From Oscillospiraceae bacterium (GTDB lineage: Bacteria > Bacillota > Clostridia > Oscillospirales > JAVBNY01), in the NCBI GenBank assembly GCA_031551205.1, contig JAVBNY010000001.1, forward strand, positions 7,586 to 71,585: a DNA stretch of 64,000 bases, given 5' to 3'. The notes under the pieces were generated by a model. The model ran no database searches. It saw nothing but the letters and a program-made list of their open reading frames with translations, and was not told the DNA's origin. Shown piece after piece: positions 28,376 to 39,000 of the stretch. Position numbers and translations under genes: made by a program. The first letter of the stretch is position 1. Every line of letters starts with the position of its first letter.

Positions 28376-29665
28376 CTATCTCAGGTCGGTAACCCTTTTC
28401 GCCTTGCCCATAAACCGCTCCATACTCTTGGGCTCGGCCAGCGTCACCTTTGTATCAAGTCCTAAAACGGAGCGCAGGCGCTCGCGCACCAGGCGCTGGA
28501 GCTTTTCAAGCTCCGAATATTTTTCAAGCAGCGAGCCGTCGAGCAGCTCGACCGAGACCTCGAGCGTATCCATAAATCCCTCGTGGCGCACAGTAAGATG
28601 ATAGTGCGGCCCGACCTGATCCATACCCATCAGCACGCTCTCAATCTGCGACGGGAACACGTTGACGCCCTTGATGATCAGCATATCGTCCGAGCGACCC
28701 ATGACCTTGCTCATGCGCGCGTGCGTGCGCCCGCATTTGCACGGCTCGTATGTAATGCGCGCAATGTCCCTCGTGCGGTATCGGATGATCGGCAGGGCCT
28801 CCTTGGTCAGCGAGGTGATGACGAGTTCGCCGGTCTCCCCCTCGGGCAGAACCTCAAGCGTATCCGGATCGATTATCTCGGCGATGAAGTGATCCTCGGC
28901 GATGTGCAGCCCGTCGCGCTCAAGACACTCGCCCGAGACGCCGGGCCCGATGAGCTCGGACATCCCGTAGTTGTCTGTGGCGATGATACCGAGGCTTTTC
29001 TCGATCCTCGACTGCATCTCGTGCGTCGCACCCTCGCCCCCGAAAAGCCCGACCCTGAGGTTGAGCTTTTCCCTGATGCCCTTTTCGTCCGCGAGCTCGC
29101 TCATATACATGGCGTAAGACGGCGTGGATATAAGTACGCTCGTCTGAAAGTCTTCCATAATCATAAACTGCCTGTCGGTGTTTCCGCTCGACATCGGGAT
29201 GACCAGCGCGCCTATTTTTTCAAGCGCCTGGTGGAGGCCAAACGCCCCGGTAAACAGCCCGTATCCGAAGCATATCTGCGCAATATCGCCGTCTGATACG
29301 CCCACGGCGACGGCGAGCCTCGCGACAAGGTCGCTCCACAGGTCAAGATCATTTTTTGTGTAGCCCACGATCGTCGGCTTGCCTGTCGTGCCCGACGAGC
29401 CGTGCACCCTTACGATATCCTTTACGGGCACGGCGTTCAGCCCGAACGGATAGTTGTTGCGAAAATCGTCCTTTGTCATAAAGGGGATGTTTTTGAGGTC
29501 TTCAGCGCACCTGATATGCTCCGGCCTCACCCCTGCCGCGTCATATTTTTCCCTCATATAAGGCACTTTAGAGAAAATCCTGTCCACGGTCCATTTGATC
29601 CGCTCATCCTGAAGCTGCCTGATTTTATCGCGGGGCATAGTTTCCATTTCTTTGTTCCAGTACAT
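28376..29665 (-). CDS. paaK: Phenylacetate--CoA ligase family enzyme (copy 2)
   Basis: [32 protein letters not shown]. It is collinear with copy 1 but clearly diverged. Confidence 0.9.
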   Translation of the reverse strand: MYWNKEMETMPRDKIRQLQDERIKWTVDRIFSKVPYMREKYDAAGVRPEHIRCAEDLKNIPFMTKDDFRNNYPFGLNAVPVKDIVRVHGSSGTTGKPTIVGYTKNDLDLWSDLVARLAVAVGVSDGDIAQICFGYGLFTGAFGLHQALEKIGALVIPMSSGNTDRQFMIMEDFQTSVLISTPSYAMYMSELADEKGIREKLNLRVGLFGGEGATHEMQSRIEKSLGIIATDNYGMSELIGPGVSGECLERDGLHIAEDHFIAEIIDPDTLEVLPEGETGELVITSLTKEALPIIRYRTRDIARITYEPCKCGRTHARMSKVMGRSDDMLIIKGVNVFPSQIESVLMGMDQVGPHYHLTVRHEGFMDTLEVSVELLDGSLLEKYSELEKLQRLVRERLRSVLGLDTKVTLAEPKSMERFMGKAKRVTDLR

Positions 29666-29802
29666 TTCTACCGTCCTTCCGTTCTTCAGATTTATACCCG
29701 GGAAGACCGCCTTCCCATGCCTATTCCTTTTATTCTACATAATAACATGTTCAATGTAAAGCGCCAAATATAAGTTTCTGGTTTTTAGCAGAAAAAGTCC
29801 GC

Positions 29803-31566
29803 TCACCCGCCGGCTTTTTCGTGAAGCTCCGCAACGGCCGCCTGATCCGGGGTGACAAAGGCCGTCTTGAAATCCTTGTATATAACGCCGCCGGGACGCG
29901 CCCCAGGCGGCTTTTTCACATTTCTCACAATAGTATAGTCAACCGGTACCTTGGCGCCGCCCCTCGCCTTAGAATAGTACGCCGCGAGCATAGCCGCCTG
30001 CGTGACCGTCAGGTCGTCCGGCGCCTCACTTCCGCAGGATATGATAACATGCGCGCCGTGTATCTTCTGCGTGTGCAGCCAAACATCGTTTTTATCGGCA
30101 AGCTTCAGCGTCAGCTCGTCATTTTGCAGGTTGTTGCGCCCCACGAGTATCAAAAATCCGGCCTCGGAGCGGAATCTGAGCGGGCGAAGCGCAGGGACAC
30201 CTCGCTTTTTTGCCGCCGCCTTTTTGAGATACCCTGTCTCGCCGAGCTCCGAGCGTATCCCCTGAAGGTCGGAATCACTCTCGGCGAGAGAGATCTCCCC
30301 GAGCACGCTCTCAAGGTAAAAAAGCTCTGCTTTCCCGGCTTCAATCTGCGCGAAAAGCATCTTTTCCGCGTTTTTCATGCGCGAATAATCCTTATAAAAG
30401 CGGGCGGCGTTTTGCTGGGGGGAAAGCTTCGGGTTCAAGCGTATCTCCGCCACTTCGCCCTCCTCGGAATAAAAGTCGTCAACCGTGACGCTTTCCGCGC
30501 CGCGCCGCACGAGATGCAGGTTCGCCGTCAGCAGGTCTCCAAGCCTGCGAAGGCTCTCGCGGTCCTTCGCGCTCTCCAGCTCTTTTTCCTGGTTGACCAG
30601 CTTTCGAAGCAGCCTGTCCCTCGCGGAGGAAACGGTCCTCGTCATGTCCTGCGACCGCTGCCTCATCCGCTCGCCCGCGTCGCGCTGTGCGTAAAAGGTA
30701 TCCAGAAGGGCAGAAAATCCCGGCATTTCCTCGCCTTCCATGACACCGGAGTATTGACTCACTGGCATGAAGCATATATCCGCGGGCGCGCCGTTTTTCC
30801 TCAGCATGTATGGTTTGAAGGCGTCGTTTTCAATCAGCCCGAGCACGCGGCAGAGCGCGTCTGAAAAGCTCTTCCTGTCTGAAAACTCAAAAAAGCGCGG
30901 GGATACGTCGCCGCATGAGAGAAACGCTATCTCTCTGCATACAAGCGGCGAAAGCCCTAAAAAAACCGACAGAAGCCACTCGTCCGCCTTCGCCTCCGGA
31001 GGAGCATCATCGACCATGCGCCGGATCTCATCGTGCGAGAGCGTGAGCGGGTCTCTTTTATCCTGCTGCCCGGGGGGGAGCCTGTAAAATAGCCCGGGCA
31101 GCACCTGCCGCGCGCCTGACATATCGGAGTCCACACGGCGCAGGCAGTCGATTATCCTGCCGTCCGCGCCGGTGAGGATAATATTCGAATGCCTGCCGAT
31201 CAGCTCCGCCGTCAGCCTCTTCCTGGATGGGTCGCCAAACTCATCGGTCGTGTCAATATCAAGATGGATGACGCGCTCCATCGGTTCGTTTGAAACCTCC
31301 CTGATGATGCCTCCGCAGAGGTGCTTTCTCATCAGCATACAGAGCATCGGCGGCGCGGAGGGGTTTTCCTTCTGCGTCTTTGTGATGTACACGCGCGGAT
31401 GGCTCCCCCCTGCGGACAGAAGCAGGCGGAGCGAACCCCTGGCCCCGCGCAGAGAGAGCACAAGCTCGTCTTTCTCCGGCTGAAAGACCTTATCTATCTT
31501 CATATTTAAAAGCTCGTCACGAAGCTCCGCTGCGAGAGCGCGGACGACCACGGCGTCAAGCGGCAT
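29803..31566 (-). CDS. rqcH: NFACT-family ribosome quality control protein (RqcH / fibronectin-binding protein A)
   Basis: MPLDAVVVRALAAELRDELLNMKIDKVFQP at the N-terminus and WLHTQKIHGAHVII in the C-terminal NFACT-R region. Confidence 0.85.
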   Translation of the reverse strand: MPLDAVVVRALAAELRDELLNMKIDKVFQPEKDELVLSLRGARGSLRLLLSAGGSHPRVYITKTQKENPSAPPMLCMLMRKHLCGGIIREVSNEPMERVIHLDIDTTDEFGDPSRKRLTAELIGRHSNIILTGADGRIIDCLRRVDSDMSGARQVLPGLFYRLPPGQQDKRDPLTLSHDEIRRMVDDAPPEAKADEWLLSVFLGLSPLVCREIAFLSCGDVSPRFFEFSDRKSFSDALCRVLGLIENDAFKPYMLRKNGAPADICFMPVSQYSGVMEGEEMPGFSALLDTFYAQRDAGERMRQRSQDMTRTVSSARDRLLRKLVNQEKELESAKDRESLRRLGDLLTANLHLVRRGAESVTVDDFYSEEGEVAEIRLNPKLSPQQNAARFYKDYSRMKNAEKMLFAQIEAGKAELFYLESVLGEISLAESDSDLQGIRSELGETGYLKKAAAKKRGVPALRPLRFRSEAGFLILVGRNNLQNDELTLKLADKNDVWLHTQKIHGAHVIISCGSEAPDDLTVTQAAMLAAYYSKARGGAKVPVDYTIVRNVKKPPGARPGGVIYKDFKTAFVTPDQAAVAELHEKAGG

Positions 31567-31693
31567 AGAAATCCCTCATCAAAGTCCGGACGGCGGGCGC
31601 CGACCCATTATATTAGGAATTTTACCAAAACGCACACGCCTTGTCAAATCCGCGCTGGGAGCTGTCCGAGGCGGCAAGCCATCGCTTTGATTG

Positions 31694-32761
31694 TTATTTA
31701 AAGGCCGGAGCGATATACCCCCAGCTGTTGAGCTGTAGCAGCGTAATAAGAATTATCGGCAGGATTATCATGCCCGGCAGACCGAACGTGCAAAAGCCCA
31801 CGTACATGGAAAGCAGTGTTGCGAGCGGGTGCAACCCGATCTGACTGCCGACAAACTTGGGCTCGATGACACCGCGTATTATTGACACCGCGCCGTAAAG
31901 AATAATGAGCGACACACCAAGGCGCGTCTGGCCTGTCAGCAGCAGAAAGGCGGCCCACGGGATCAGCACAGTACCGGAACCGAGGATAGGGAGCGCGTCC
32001 ACCAGCGCGATGAGCGCTGCGAAAAGCACCGGATAGTCTATGCCCAGCACAAAAAGCCCCAGCGTGAGCTCGAGAAAGGTTATGCCCATGAGCATCAGCT
32101 GCGCCCTGAGCCATTTTGCCAGTGTTTTTGAGAGGCCATCTTTCGTGCGAAGGAGCTTTTCGTGCCACTTTTCCGGAAACTGCCGCTTTATAAACGCCAT
32201 CACGGTGCCAAAATCCGCGCTCAGGAAAAACGTGGACAACACCGAGGTAACTATAAACAAAAATATTGACGGGAGGCTGCCGGCCGCCCCGGACAACGCG
32301 CCGAGGAGCCTGCTGTAAACCTCCTGAGGGACTGAAACGCCTTCGTTTATCAGCCTATCCATAGTGTTTGACAGAAACGATTGCAGCTCCGGCGGCGTCG
32401 AGGCGATGAAGTGCCTCAGCGTTTCCTGAAGGCCGCTTGTCGTATCCGGCAGCGAGGCAATTACCGTGGGCAGGCGCGTCAGCAGCCCGCTCAACTCGAA
32501 GCCCACACGCCAGACTATCAGCGCCGCCAGGCAGAGCGCCGCGCCATATACCGCAAGGGTGCACAGCGCCGCGGCAAGCGCCCGGTTCCATCGGCGGCGC
32601 GTCAGCCAGCCCACGGCTTTTTCCTGCCCCCTCGCCACGAGCAGCGCGATTACAAACGGCATCAGGAGCGGCAGGCCGTATTTGACCAGCACCCACAGCA
32701 AGAAAATCACGCCTGCTGCCGTGGCCAGCCTGAATATAAGTTTTTTCTGTTTTTCCGTCAT
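31694..32761 (-). CDS. AI-2E family transporter / sporulation integral membrane protein YtvI-like
   Basis: Eight or so TM segments. C-terminal DALPILGSGTVLIPW and PKFVGSQIGLHPLATL motifs. Trimmed to the ATG at 32761. Confidence 0.7.
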   Translation of the reverse strand: MTEKQKKLIFRLATAAGVIFLLWVLVKYGLPLLMPFVIALLVARGQEKAVGWLTRRRWNRALAAALCTLAVYGAALCLAALIVWRVGFELSGLLTRLPTVIASLPDTTSGLQETLRHFIASTPPELQSFLSNTMDRLINEGVSVPQEVYSRLLGALSGAAGSLPSIFLFIVTSVLSTFFLSADFGTVMAFIKRQFPEKWHEKLLRTKDGLSKTLAKWLRAQLMLMGITFLELTLGLFVLGIDYPVLFAALIALVDALPILGSGTVLIPWAAFLLLTGQTRLGVSLIILYGAVSIIRGVIEPKFVGSQIGLHPLATLLSMYVGFCTFGLPGMIILPIILITLLQLNSWGYIAPAFK

Positions 32762-32980
32762 CGTTTTACCTTTAACGCGGCGCACGCCGTCCTTTCAATA
32801 TGCTTTAAGGCATTAAACACCCGGATGCCGCTGATCAAAAACGTGCCCTGATGTTTAATCCGACCGCATTTCGGCGCTGTGGACACAGCAATTTTGTGAA
32901 AATTGTTTTCTTGCACATTCGCCGTAGGTGTGTTAGAATATCCACACGGGAAAAACAATTGATTTTGTGTGGTGAACATT

Positions 32981-33418
32981 ATGGGTCAGCCCAGATACTA
33001 TCTTGTCGAGGCTTCCGCCCTGCCGGAGGTTTTTTTGAAGGTCGTCGAGGCGAGGCGCCTGCTGGAAACCGGAAAGGTTTCCACCGTGGGCCGCGCTGTG
33101 GATGCCGCCGGGATCAGCCGGAGCGCTTTTTATAAGTACAAGGATCTTGTGCTCCCCTTCTTCGACATGGCTCAGGGCAGGATCATCACATTCCATGCCC
33201 TGCTCGAGGATGAACCGGGGGTTCTGTCCGGCGTATTAGGTATTTTTGCCGGATCCGGAGCAAATATTCTGACGATTAACCAAAGTATCCCGGTCAACGC
33301 CATCGCGCCTGTCACTTTGACGGCGGAGACCTCGGCCATGAACACTCCTCTTGACGCGTTTCTGGCAGCGGTGCAAAAGCTCACGGGCGTCGTCAAGTTT
33401 GAGATACTGGCGGGATAG
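32981..33418 (+). CDS. UPF0735 ACT-domain protein (PheB-like)
   Basis: YYLVEASALPEVFLKVVEARRLLETGKV..SRSAFYKYKD followed by an ACT fold. Confidence 0.75.
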   Translation: MGQPRYYLVEASALPEVFLKVVEARRLLETGKVSTVGRAVDAAGISRSAFYKYKDLVLPFFDMAQGRIITFHALLEDEPGVLSGVLGIFAGSGANILTINQSIPVNAIAPVTLTAETSAMNTPLDAFLAAVQKLTGVVKFEILAG

Positions 33419-33467
33419 CCTTTCCGCTCGGCGGGAAGGCACAGACATACAGAAATGAGGTTTTTAT

Positions 33468-34691
33468 ATGACTCACATTGCGGTTTTAGGGTATGGGACG
33501 GTTGGCTCGGGGGTTGTTGAGGTTCTTAACACAAACAGGGGCTCGATCTCGCTCAGGGGCGCCGGAGACATCTCGGTGAAATATATCCTTGACGTGCGCG
33601 ACTTCAGTGACAGCGAATACGCCTCGCTGTTTGTAAACGACTTCTCCGTTATTGAAAACGACCCTGACGTGCGTGTGGTCGTCGAGACAATCGGCGGTTC
33701 CGGCGTGGCGCTGGAGTTTACCAGACGCGCGCTCGCGGCAGGAAAAAGCGTGGTTACCTCGAACAAGGAGATAGTCGCGGAGTACGGCGACGAGCTTCTC
33801 AGAACCGCGGGTGAGAAAAACCTCAACTATCTTTTTGAAGCGAGCGTTGGCGGCGGCATTCCGATCATCAGGCCGATCAGCCAGTGCCTGGCGGCCAACG
33901 AGATTGACGAGATATACGGCATATTGAACGGTACGACAAACTATATCCTGACGCGCATGATCAAGGCCGGGCTTTCGCTCGACGACGCGCTGAGGGAGGC
34001 GAAGGAGCTCGGATACGCCGAGCAGAACCCGGCCGCCGACGTCGAGGGGCACGACGCCTGCCGCAAGATATGCATCCTGTCCTCGCTGGCTTTTGGGAAG
34101 CATATCTATCCAAGGCAGGTGCCTACGGAGGGTATACTAAATGTTACGCTCGACGACGTGCAATATGCCAAGAGCGCCGGCAGATGCATAAAACTTCTCG
34201 GCCGAGCGTCGCGGCTCCCGGGCGGAAAGGTGTGCGCCTACGTTGGGCCGCATCTGGTCAGCGCATCGAATCCGATCGCGAACGTCGAGGATGTGTTTAA
34301 CGGGATCGTCGTCAAGGGAAACGCGATTGGCGAGGTAATGTTCTACGGCAGGGGAGCAGGCAAGCTTCCGACGGCTTCCGCCGTTGTGGCCGATGTCATT
34401 GACGCAATTAAGCACATCTCTTCAAGAAAGCTTCTGTCCTGGGACAGCGCGGACGAGGCCCTTGTAGGGGACAGCGGATGCCTCGAATCAAGCTACTATA
34501 TCCGCTGTGAAAACGGCATTGACGCGGCGAAAGAGATTTTCGGCGGCGTTCAGCAGCTCTCACGCGCGGACGCGGGCGAAAATGAGCACGCGTTTATCAC
34601 CTCTCCGATGAACCTATACGAGCTTAAAAAGCGCGTTGAGCAGCTTAAACACTCGGCGCTCGTCCTTTCGCTAATGAGAACGCTTGACTAG
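33468..34691 (+). CDS. hom: Homoserine dehydrogenase
   Basis: IAVLGYGTVGSGV, FEASVGGGIPII, ILNGTTNYILT, plus a C-terminal ACT-like domain. Confidence 0.9.
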   Translation: MTHIAVLGYGTVGSGVVEVLNTNRGSISLRGAGDISVKYILDVRDFSDSEYASLFVNDFSVIENDPDVRVVVETIGGSGVALEFTRRALAAGKSVVTSNKEIVAEYGDELLRTAGEKNLNYLFEASVGGGIPIIRPISQCLAANEIDEIYGILNGTTNYILTRMIKAGLSLDDALREAKELGYAEQNPAADVEGHDACRKICILSSLAFGKHIYPRQVPTEGILNVTLDDVQYAKSAGRCIKLLGRASRLPGGKVCAYVGPHLVSASNPIANVEDVFNGIVVKGNAIGEVMFYGRGAGKLPTASAVVADVIDAIKHISSRKLLSWDSADEALVGDSGCLESSYYIRCENGIDAAKEIFGGVQQLSRADAGENEHAFITSPMNLYELKKRVEQLKHSALVLSLMRTLD

Positions 34692-34746
34692 GGTTTGTTA
34701 ACATAAAACGCACTTCCATCGCAAAAGAATATAGGAGGATGGTCAG

Positions 34747-35952
34747 ATGGCAATTATTGTACAGAAATTTGGAGGCTCCTCGGTCGCGAACGCCGAGAAG
34801 ATAAAGAATGTCGCCTCCATAATCGCGGACACCTATGACAAGGGCAACGACGTTGTCGTCGTGCTCTCCGCTCAGGGGGATACGACGGACGACCTGATCG
34901 AAAAGGCGCACGAGATAAACCCTAAGCCCTCGCGTCGTGAGATGGATATGCTCCTCTCGACCGGAGAGCAGATCTCAATCGCACTGTGCGCCATGCAGCT
35001 TGAACTGATGAACTACCCTGTCTGCTCGCTCATAGGCTGGCAGGTCGGGCTCAACACCGACTCAGACTACGGAAACGCGCGCATCAAGTCCATAACCGGC
35101 GAGAGGCTGCGCGCGGAGCTCGACAGGCGCAATATCGTGATCGTCGCGGGCTTTCAGGGCATCAACAAGTACGGCGACGTCACAACGCTCGGGCGCGGCG
35201 GCTCCGATACGACGGCGGTTGCGCTGGCGGCCTCGCTGAAGGCAGATCTCTGCCAGATTTACACCGACGTCGACGGGGTATACACCGCCGACCCGCGCGT
35301 TGTAAAAAACGCTAAAAAGCTCAATGAGATAACGTTTGACGAGATGCTTGAGCTTGCTTCTCTCGGGGCGCAGGTGCTTCACAACCGCTCTGTGGAAATG
35401 GCTAAGCGCTACGGCGTGAATATGGAGGTTATATCCAGCTTCTCAAGGAATCCCGGAACAATAGTCAAGGAGGTAGTTAAGATGGAAAAATCCAATATCA
35501 GCGGTGTCGCGAGGGATGATAATGTTGCGAGGATCTCGCTTGTTGAGCTCGAGGATAAGCCGGGCGTCGCCTATAAAATATTCTCACTGCTGGCCGACAG
35601 AAAGATCAATGTCGACATAATACTTCAGTCGATCGGCCGCGGCTCGACAAAGGACATATCTTTCACCGTCTCCGCCGCAAACGCGGATGAGGCTGTTGAG
35701 ATCCTGAAGGAGAATCAGGATGGCCTTAATTTTAAGGAAATCCTCGTCACAAGCAAGGTTACAAAGCTCTCCATAGTCGGCGCGGGCATGATCGGGAGCC
35801 CCGGGATCGCCGCTCAGATGTTTGAATCGCTTTACAATGCCGGCGTGAATATCCAGATGATCTCCACAAGCGAGATCAAGGTCTCTGTTTTGATCGACTC
35901 GCGCGACTCAACGATCGCGATGCAGGCCGTGCACGACAAGTTCTTCGGCTGA
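34747..35952 (+). CDS. Aspartate kinase (monofunctional, two C-terminal ACT domains)
   Basis: IVQKFGGSSVANAEKIKNVA, TLGRGGSDTTAVALA, IYTDVDGVYTADPR. Confidence 0.9.
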   Translation: MAIIVQKFGGSSVANAEKIKNVASIIADTYDKGNDVVVVLSAQGDTTDDLIEKAHEINPKPSRREMDMLLSTGEQISIALCAMQLELMNYPVCSLIGWQVGLNTDSDYGNARIKSITGERLRAELDRRNIVIVAGFQGINKYGDVTTLGRGGSDTTAVALAASLKADLCQIYTDVDGVYTADPRVVKNAKKLNEITFDEMLELASLGAQVLHNRSVEMAKRYGVNMEVISSFSRNPGTIVKEVVKMEKSNISGVARDDNVARISLVELEDKPGVAYKIFSLLADRKINVDIILQSIGRGSTKDISFTVSAANADEAVEILKENQDGLNFKEILVTSKVTKLSIVGAGMIGSPGIAAQMFESLYNAGVNIQMISTSEIKVSVLIDSRDSTIAMQAVHDKFFG

Positions 35953-35988
35953 GCGGCCTTCTGCTTTTAAAGGATAATAAATAAATGT

Positions 35989-36013
35989 CCCTGCGTCGAC
36001 GCAGGGCCTTTTT
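35989..36013 (+). terminator. Rho-independent terminator after aspartate kinase
   Basis: Perfect palindrome ccctgcgtcgacgcaggg followed by cctttttg. A second hairpin at ~36023-36050 probably terminates the convergent esterase gene. Confidence 0.6.
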
Positions 36014-36060
36014 GCGTAAAAGTGAAGGGCCGACAGAAGCCGGCCTTTCACTGATCCGAA

Positions 36061-39000
36061 TTATTTTACAGTCACGGTGAAGGAGAAGCTGTAACTTGGG
36101 AAGAGATCCGCGTACTTGACGCCGCCGATTACGATCTTCTGTCCGCTCGCTGCTGCGGCGGCTATCGTGACGGTTTTGCCGGAGGCGGAAACCTTTGCGA
36201 CATCTATTGCGGTATCACCGATCTTAACAGCCTTCTTCACGGCGTTAAAGCTCACGTCGGAGGCAAACACGACAACCGTGCTGCCCTCGCCGGAGGTTGC
36301 CACCGGCGACCAGAGATCCGCAGGAGCCGGAACACATTCCACAGCCGCTTGCGAGAGAGCCATTACGGACGTCGAGGCTTTTATAAGATAATTGCCCGCC
36401 ACGGACTCGCCTGCCTTCAGCGTGAAAACATACCTGCCGGAGGCGCTAATGCTCAGGGAATCAACAAGCGTGCCGTCCGGTGCAAAGAGCCCGAGCCGGG
36501 CCGCATACGCCTCGGCCGGGAAGGTGACCTGGACAGGCAGGTTCGCCGCGTATCCGGCGACGATCTTTGACGCCAGAGATGTAACGGACGGCGCCGTTCC
36601 CGGCATCACTATCTCCTCGTCGGAGAGCTTAAGCGTGACAGCCTTCGCGTACGCGAGGTTTATAACGTCCCTCTTTGGGAACTCGGAGCCGCCGGGCACC
36701 GCCTCGCCGTATCTGAAGCTCATGAAAGCGGCGTCCGTCGTGGAGTCGCACTGCTGCCAGACGGGGAGGCCCTCGCCGTTGGGATTGCCGGTCTTAACGA
36801 AGTTTGCCCAGTAAGACGTCATAGTGTCGCCGAGCTGATAATCCTTTTCTGTCCACTGCCTCTGCTGGGGAACATCCCTCATGGAATTGAACATGTACCA
36901 GAGCTCGGAGGAGTGGAACGCGCCGTAGAAGTCCTCGTCGCGGTCACGAGCGTACTGGGGCGTGTGCGGCGGGAGCTTCTGCTCAAAGTAGTAGGCATAG
37001 GCAGTGTGATCCTGATTGTGCGCGTTTGAATACATCGCCGACAGCCTGTACTGCGCGAGTGAAGAATCACATGAGGCCCTGAGATTCATCCTGTATGCGT
37101 CCTTCTCGGTCTGCGCGTCATATATGTCCTCGGTGTAGCCGTAGGGAGCAAATTTTGACTTCATGCTGTTCTGGAAGGTTGTTACATTCGTTGTACCGTT
37201 CTGGTTTCCCATCAGCGAGGTCATCTCGTCCGACGTGCCGCCGATCATGATGTCGATTCCGTCAAGAGCGCCGTCACGCCTGCGGTTGACAGACTCGTCC
37301 GTGAACACGTAGCCGTCCTTAGTCATGTTGCCGGACCCGAGAGCGCCCTTGGCGAGGATATCGGCCGCGGGGAGCTTGCGCAGCTCATTAACGTCCGTAG
37401 TTCCGAAGGCGGCCTGTACGGCGGTTACGCAGGCCGCGGTCTTGGCCTCAAGCGTTGGATAGCTGTTTGCGGCGACATATCCCGAAAAGCCGCTCTGGAG
37501 GATGGCGCGGTTAAAGAGGCCCTTTGTAAGCGGGGTTGAAAGCAGCGCGTTGACCGACATGCCGCCCGCGGACTGGCCGCAGATCGTAACATTCGCCGGG
37601 TCTCCGCCAAAGGCGGCGATGTTTTTCTGAACCCACTCAAGGCTCTTTATCTGGTCAAGCAGGCCGTAGTTTCCGGACACGCCGCGATCGTTCTCAGCGG
37701 ACAGCCCGGGAAGCGCAAGGAAGCCGAGCGCGCCGACGCGGTACTGAATCTGAACGACGATAATGCCCTTCGCCGCGAGCTTTGCCGCGTTAAACTCAAC
37801 CTCGGAGGCAAATCCGTGGTCAAAGCCGCCGCCGTGGATCCAAACAAGCACGGGATACTTCTCGTTCGCGGCGCCGGTCGACGGGGTATATACGTTCAGA
37901 TAGAGCCCGTCTTCACTGGCTTCGGGCTTCGGAGAGCCTTCATAATAGAACTCGTCGCCCCAGAAGCCGCCGGGAGGGTTGAGGTCGGGGTTTTGGAACT
38001 GCTGGTTTCCCCATGTGTCGCAGACGCGCACGCCTGACCAGGTGTTTTCATCGAGATCCTGCGGGGCTTTCCAGCGCAAATCGCCCACAGGGGGCTTCGC
38101 GAACGGGACGCCCTTGTAAAGCGTAACGCCTGCCTGGTCTGCGGGCACGCCGGAGATGTATCCGCCGGTGACCTTCACCGCATCCGCCTTCTTCTGTGCG
38201 AAAAGCCAGTCGACAACGCCGATTTTCTCGCTGTTATAGCTGTCGTTCAGAACAGGAACCCAAGACCAGTGGCCGTTGTACTGAACGCTCGGGAACTTTG
38301 TGTACTTGAAGCCGTCGTCCACGGCCTTGCCGTTGTCGATAAGCTTCTGATAGACAAGATCACTGTTCGCAGCGGGCCTGACAGTCGTGTCGTCCGCACT
38401 CTGGAACAGCCACATCGGCAGGCTCTTCAGCGAGGCGAACTCCTCGTCGGTGTACGCGGGATTTGCCAGCTGCGTCGCGGCGCAGATCGGCATCGCGGCC
38501 GCGAACCTCGAAGGATTGTAAAGGATCGTATTCCATGTCATGAAGCCGCCCATTGAGCAGCCGGTGACATAGATTCGGTTTGTGTCGACCTCCGGGTTGG
38601 AGGCGAGGATCTCGTCGATCATGCCGTGGATTTTGGAGGCGTCTGTGCGCGCCCAGCTCGTCGAGGTCTTACACTGCGGGGCGGCCACGAAGCAGGGGTT
38701 CTTCTCCTGCCGGTCGCCCTCAATCCATGCCACGCCGCCCTTGTTGCCCATGAGCTGGGCGGCGTTATCGGTTCCGCCCTCGCCGAAGCCGTGGATCCAG
38801 ATGACGAGCGGATACTTTTTGCCGCTCTCCATATTGGGGGTATAAAGCCTGTAGTTCAGGTCGTCGGCGGTTGTCTTTTTCGCGAATTCGTCGACAAGCA
38901 GGTTAACCGTGCCGGCGTTCGTGATTGTGTCGGAGGAACCCGACTTCACAACAGCATACCTTTCGAGCGGCTTTTGCACGTTAAATTGGGTAGAAAATAC

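Noticed and set aside
29821-30864. 347-aa plus-strand ORF antisense to rqcH
   Set aside because: A shadow ORF of a GC-rich gene with Arg/Leu-rich, non-protein-like sequence. The opposite strand encodes a clearly recognisable NFACT protein.
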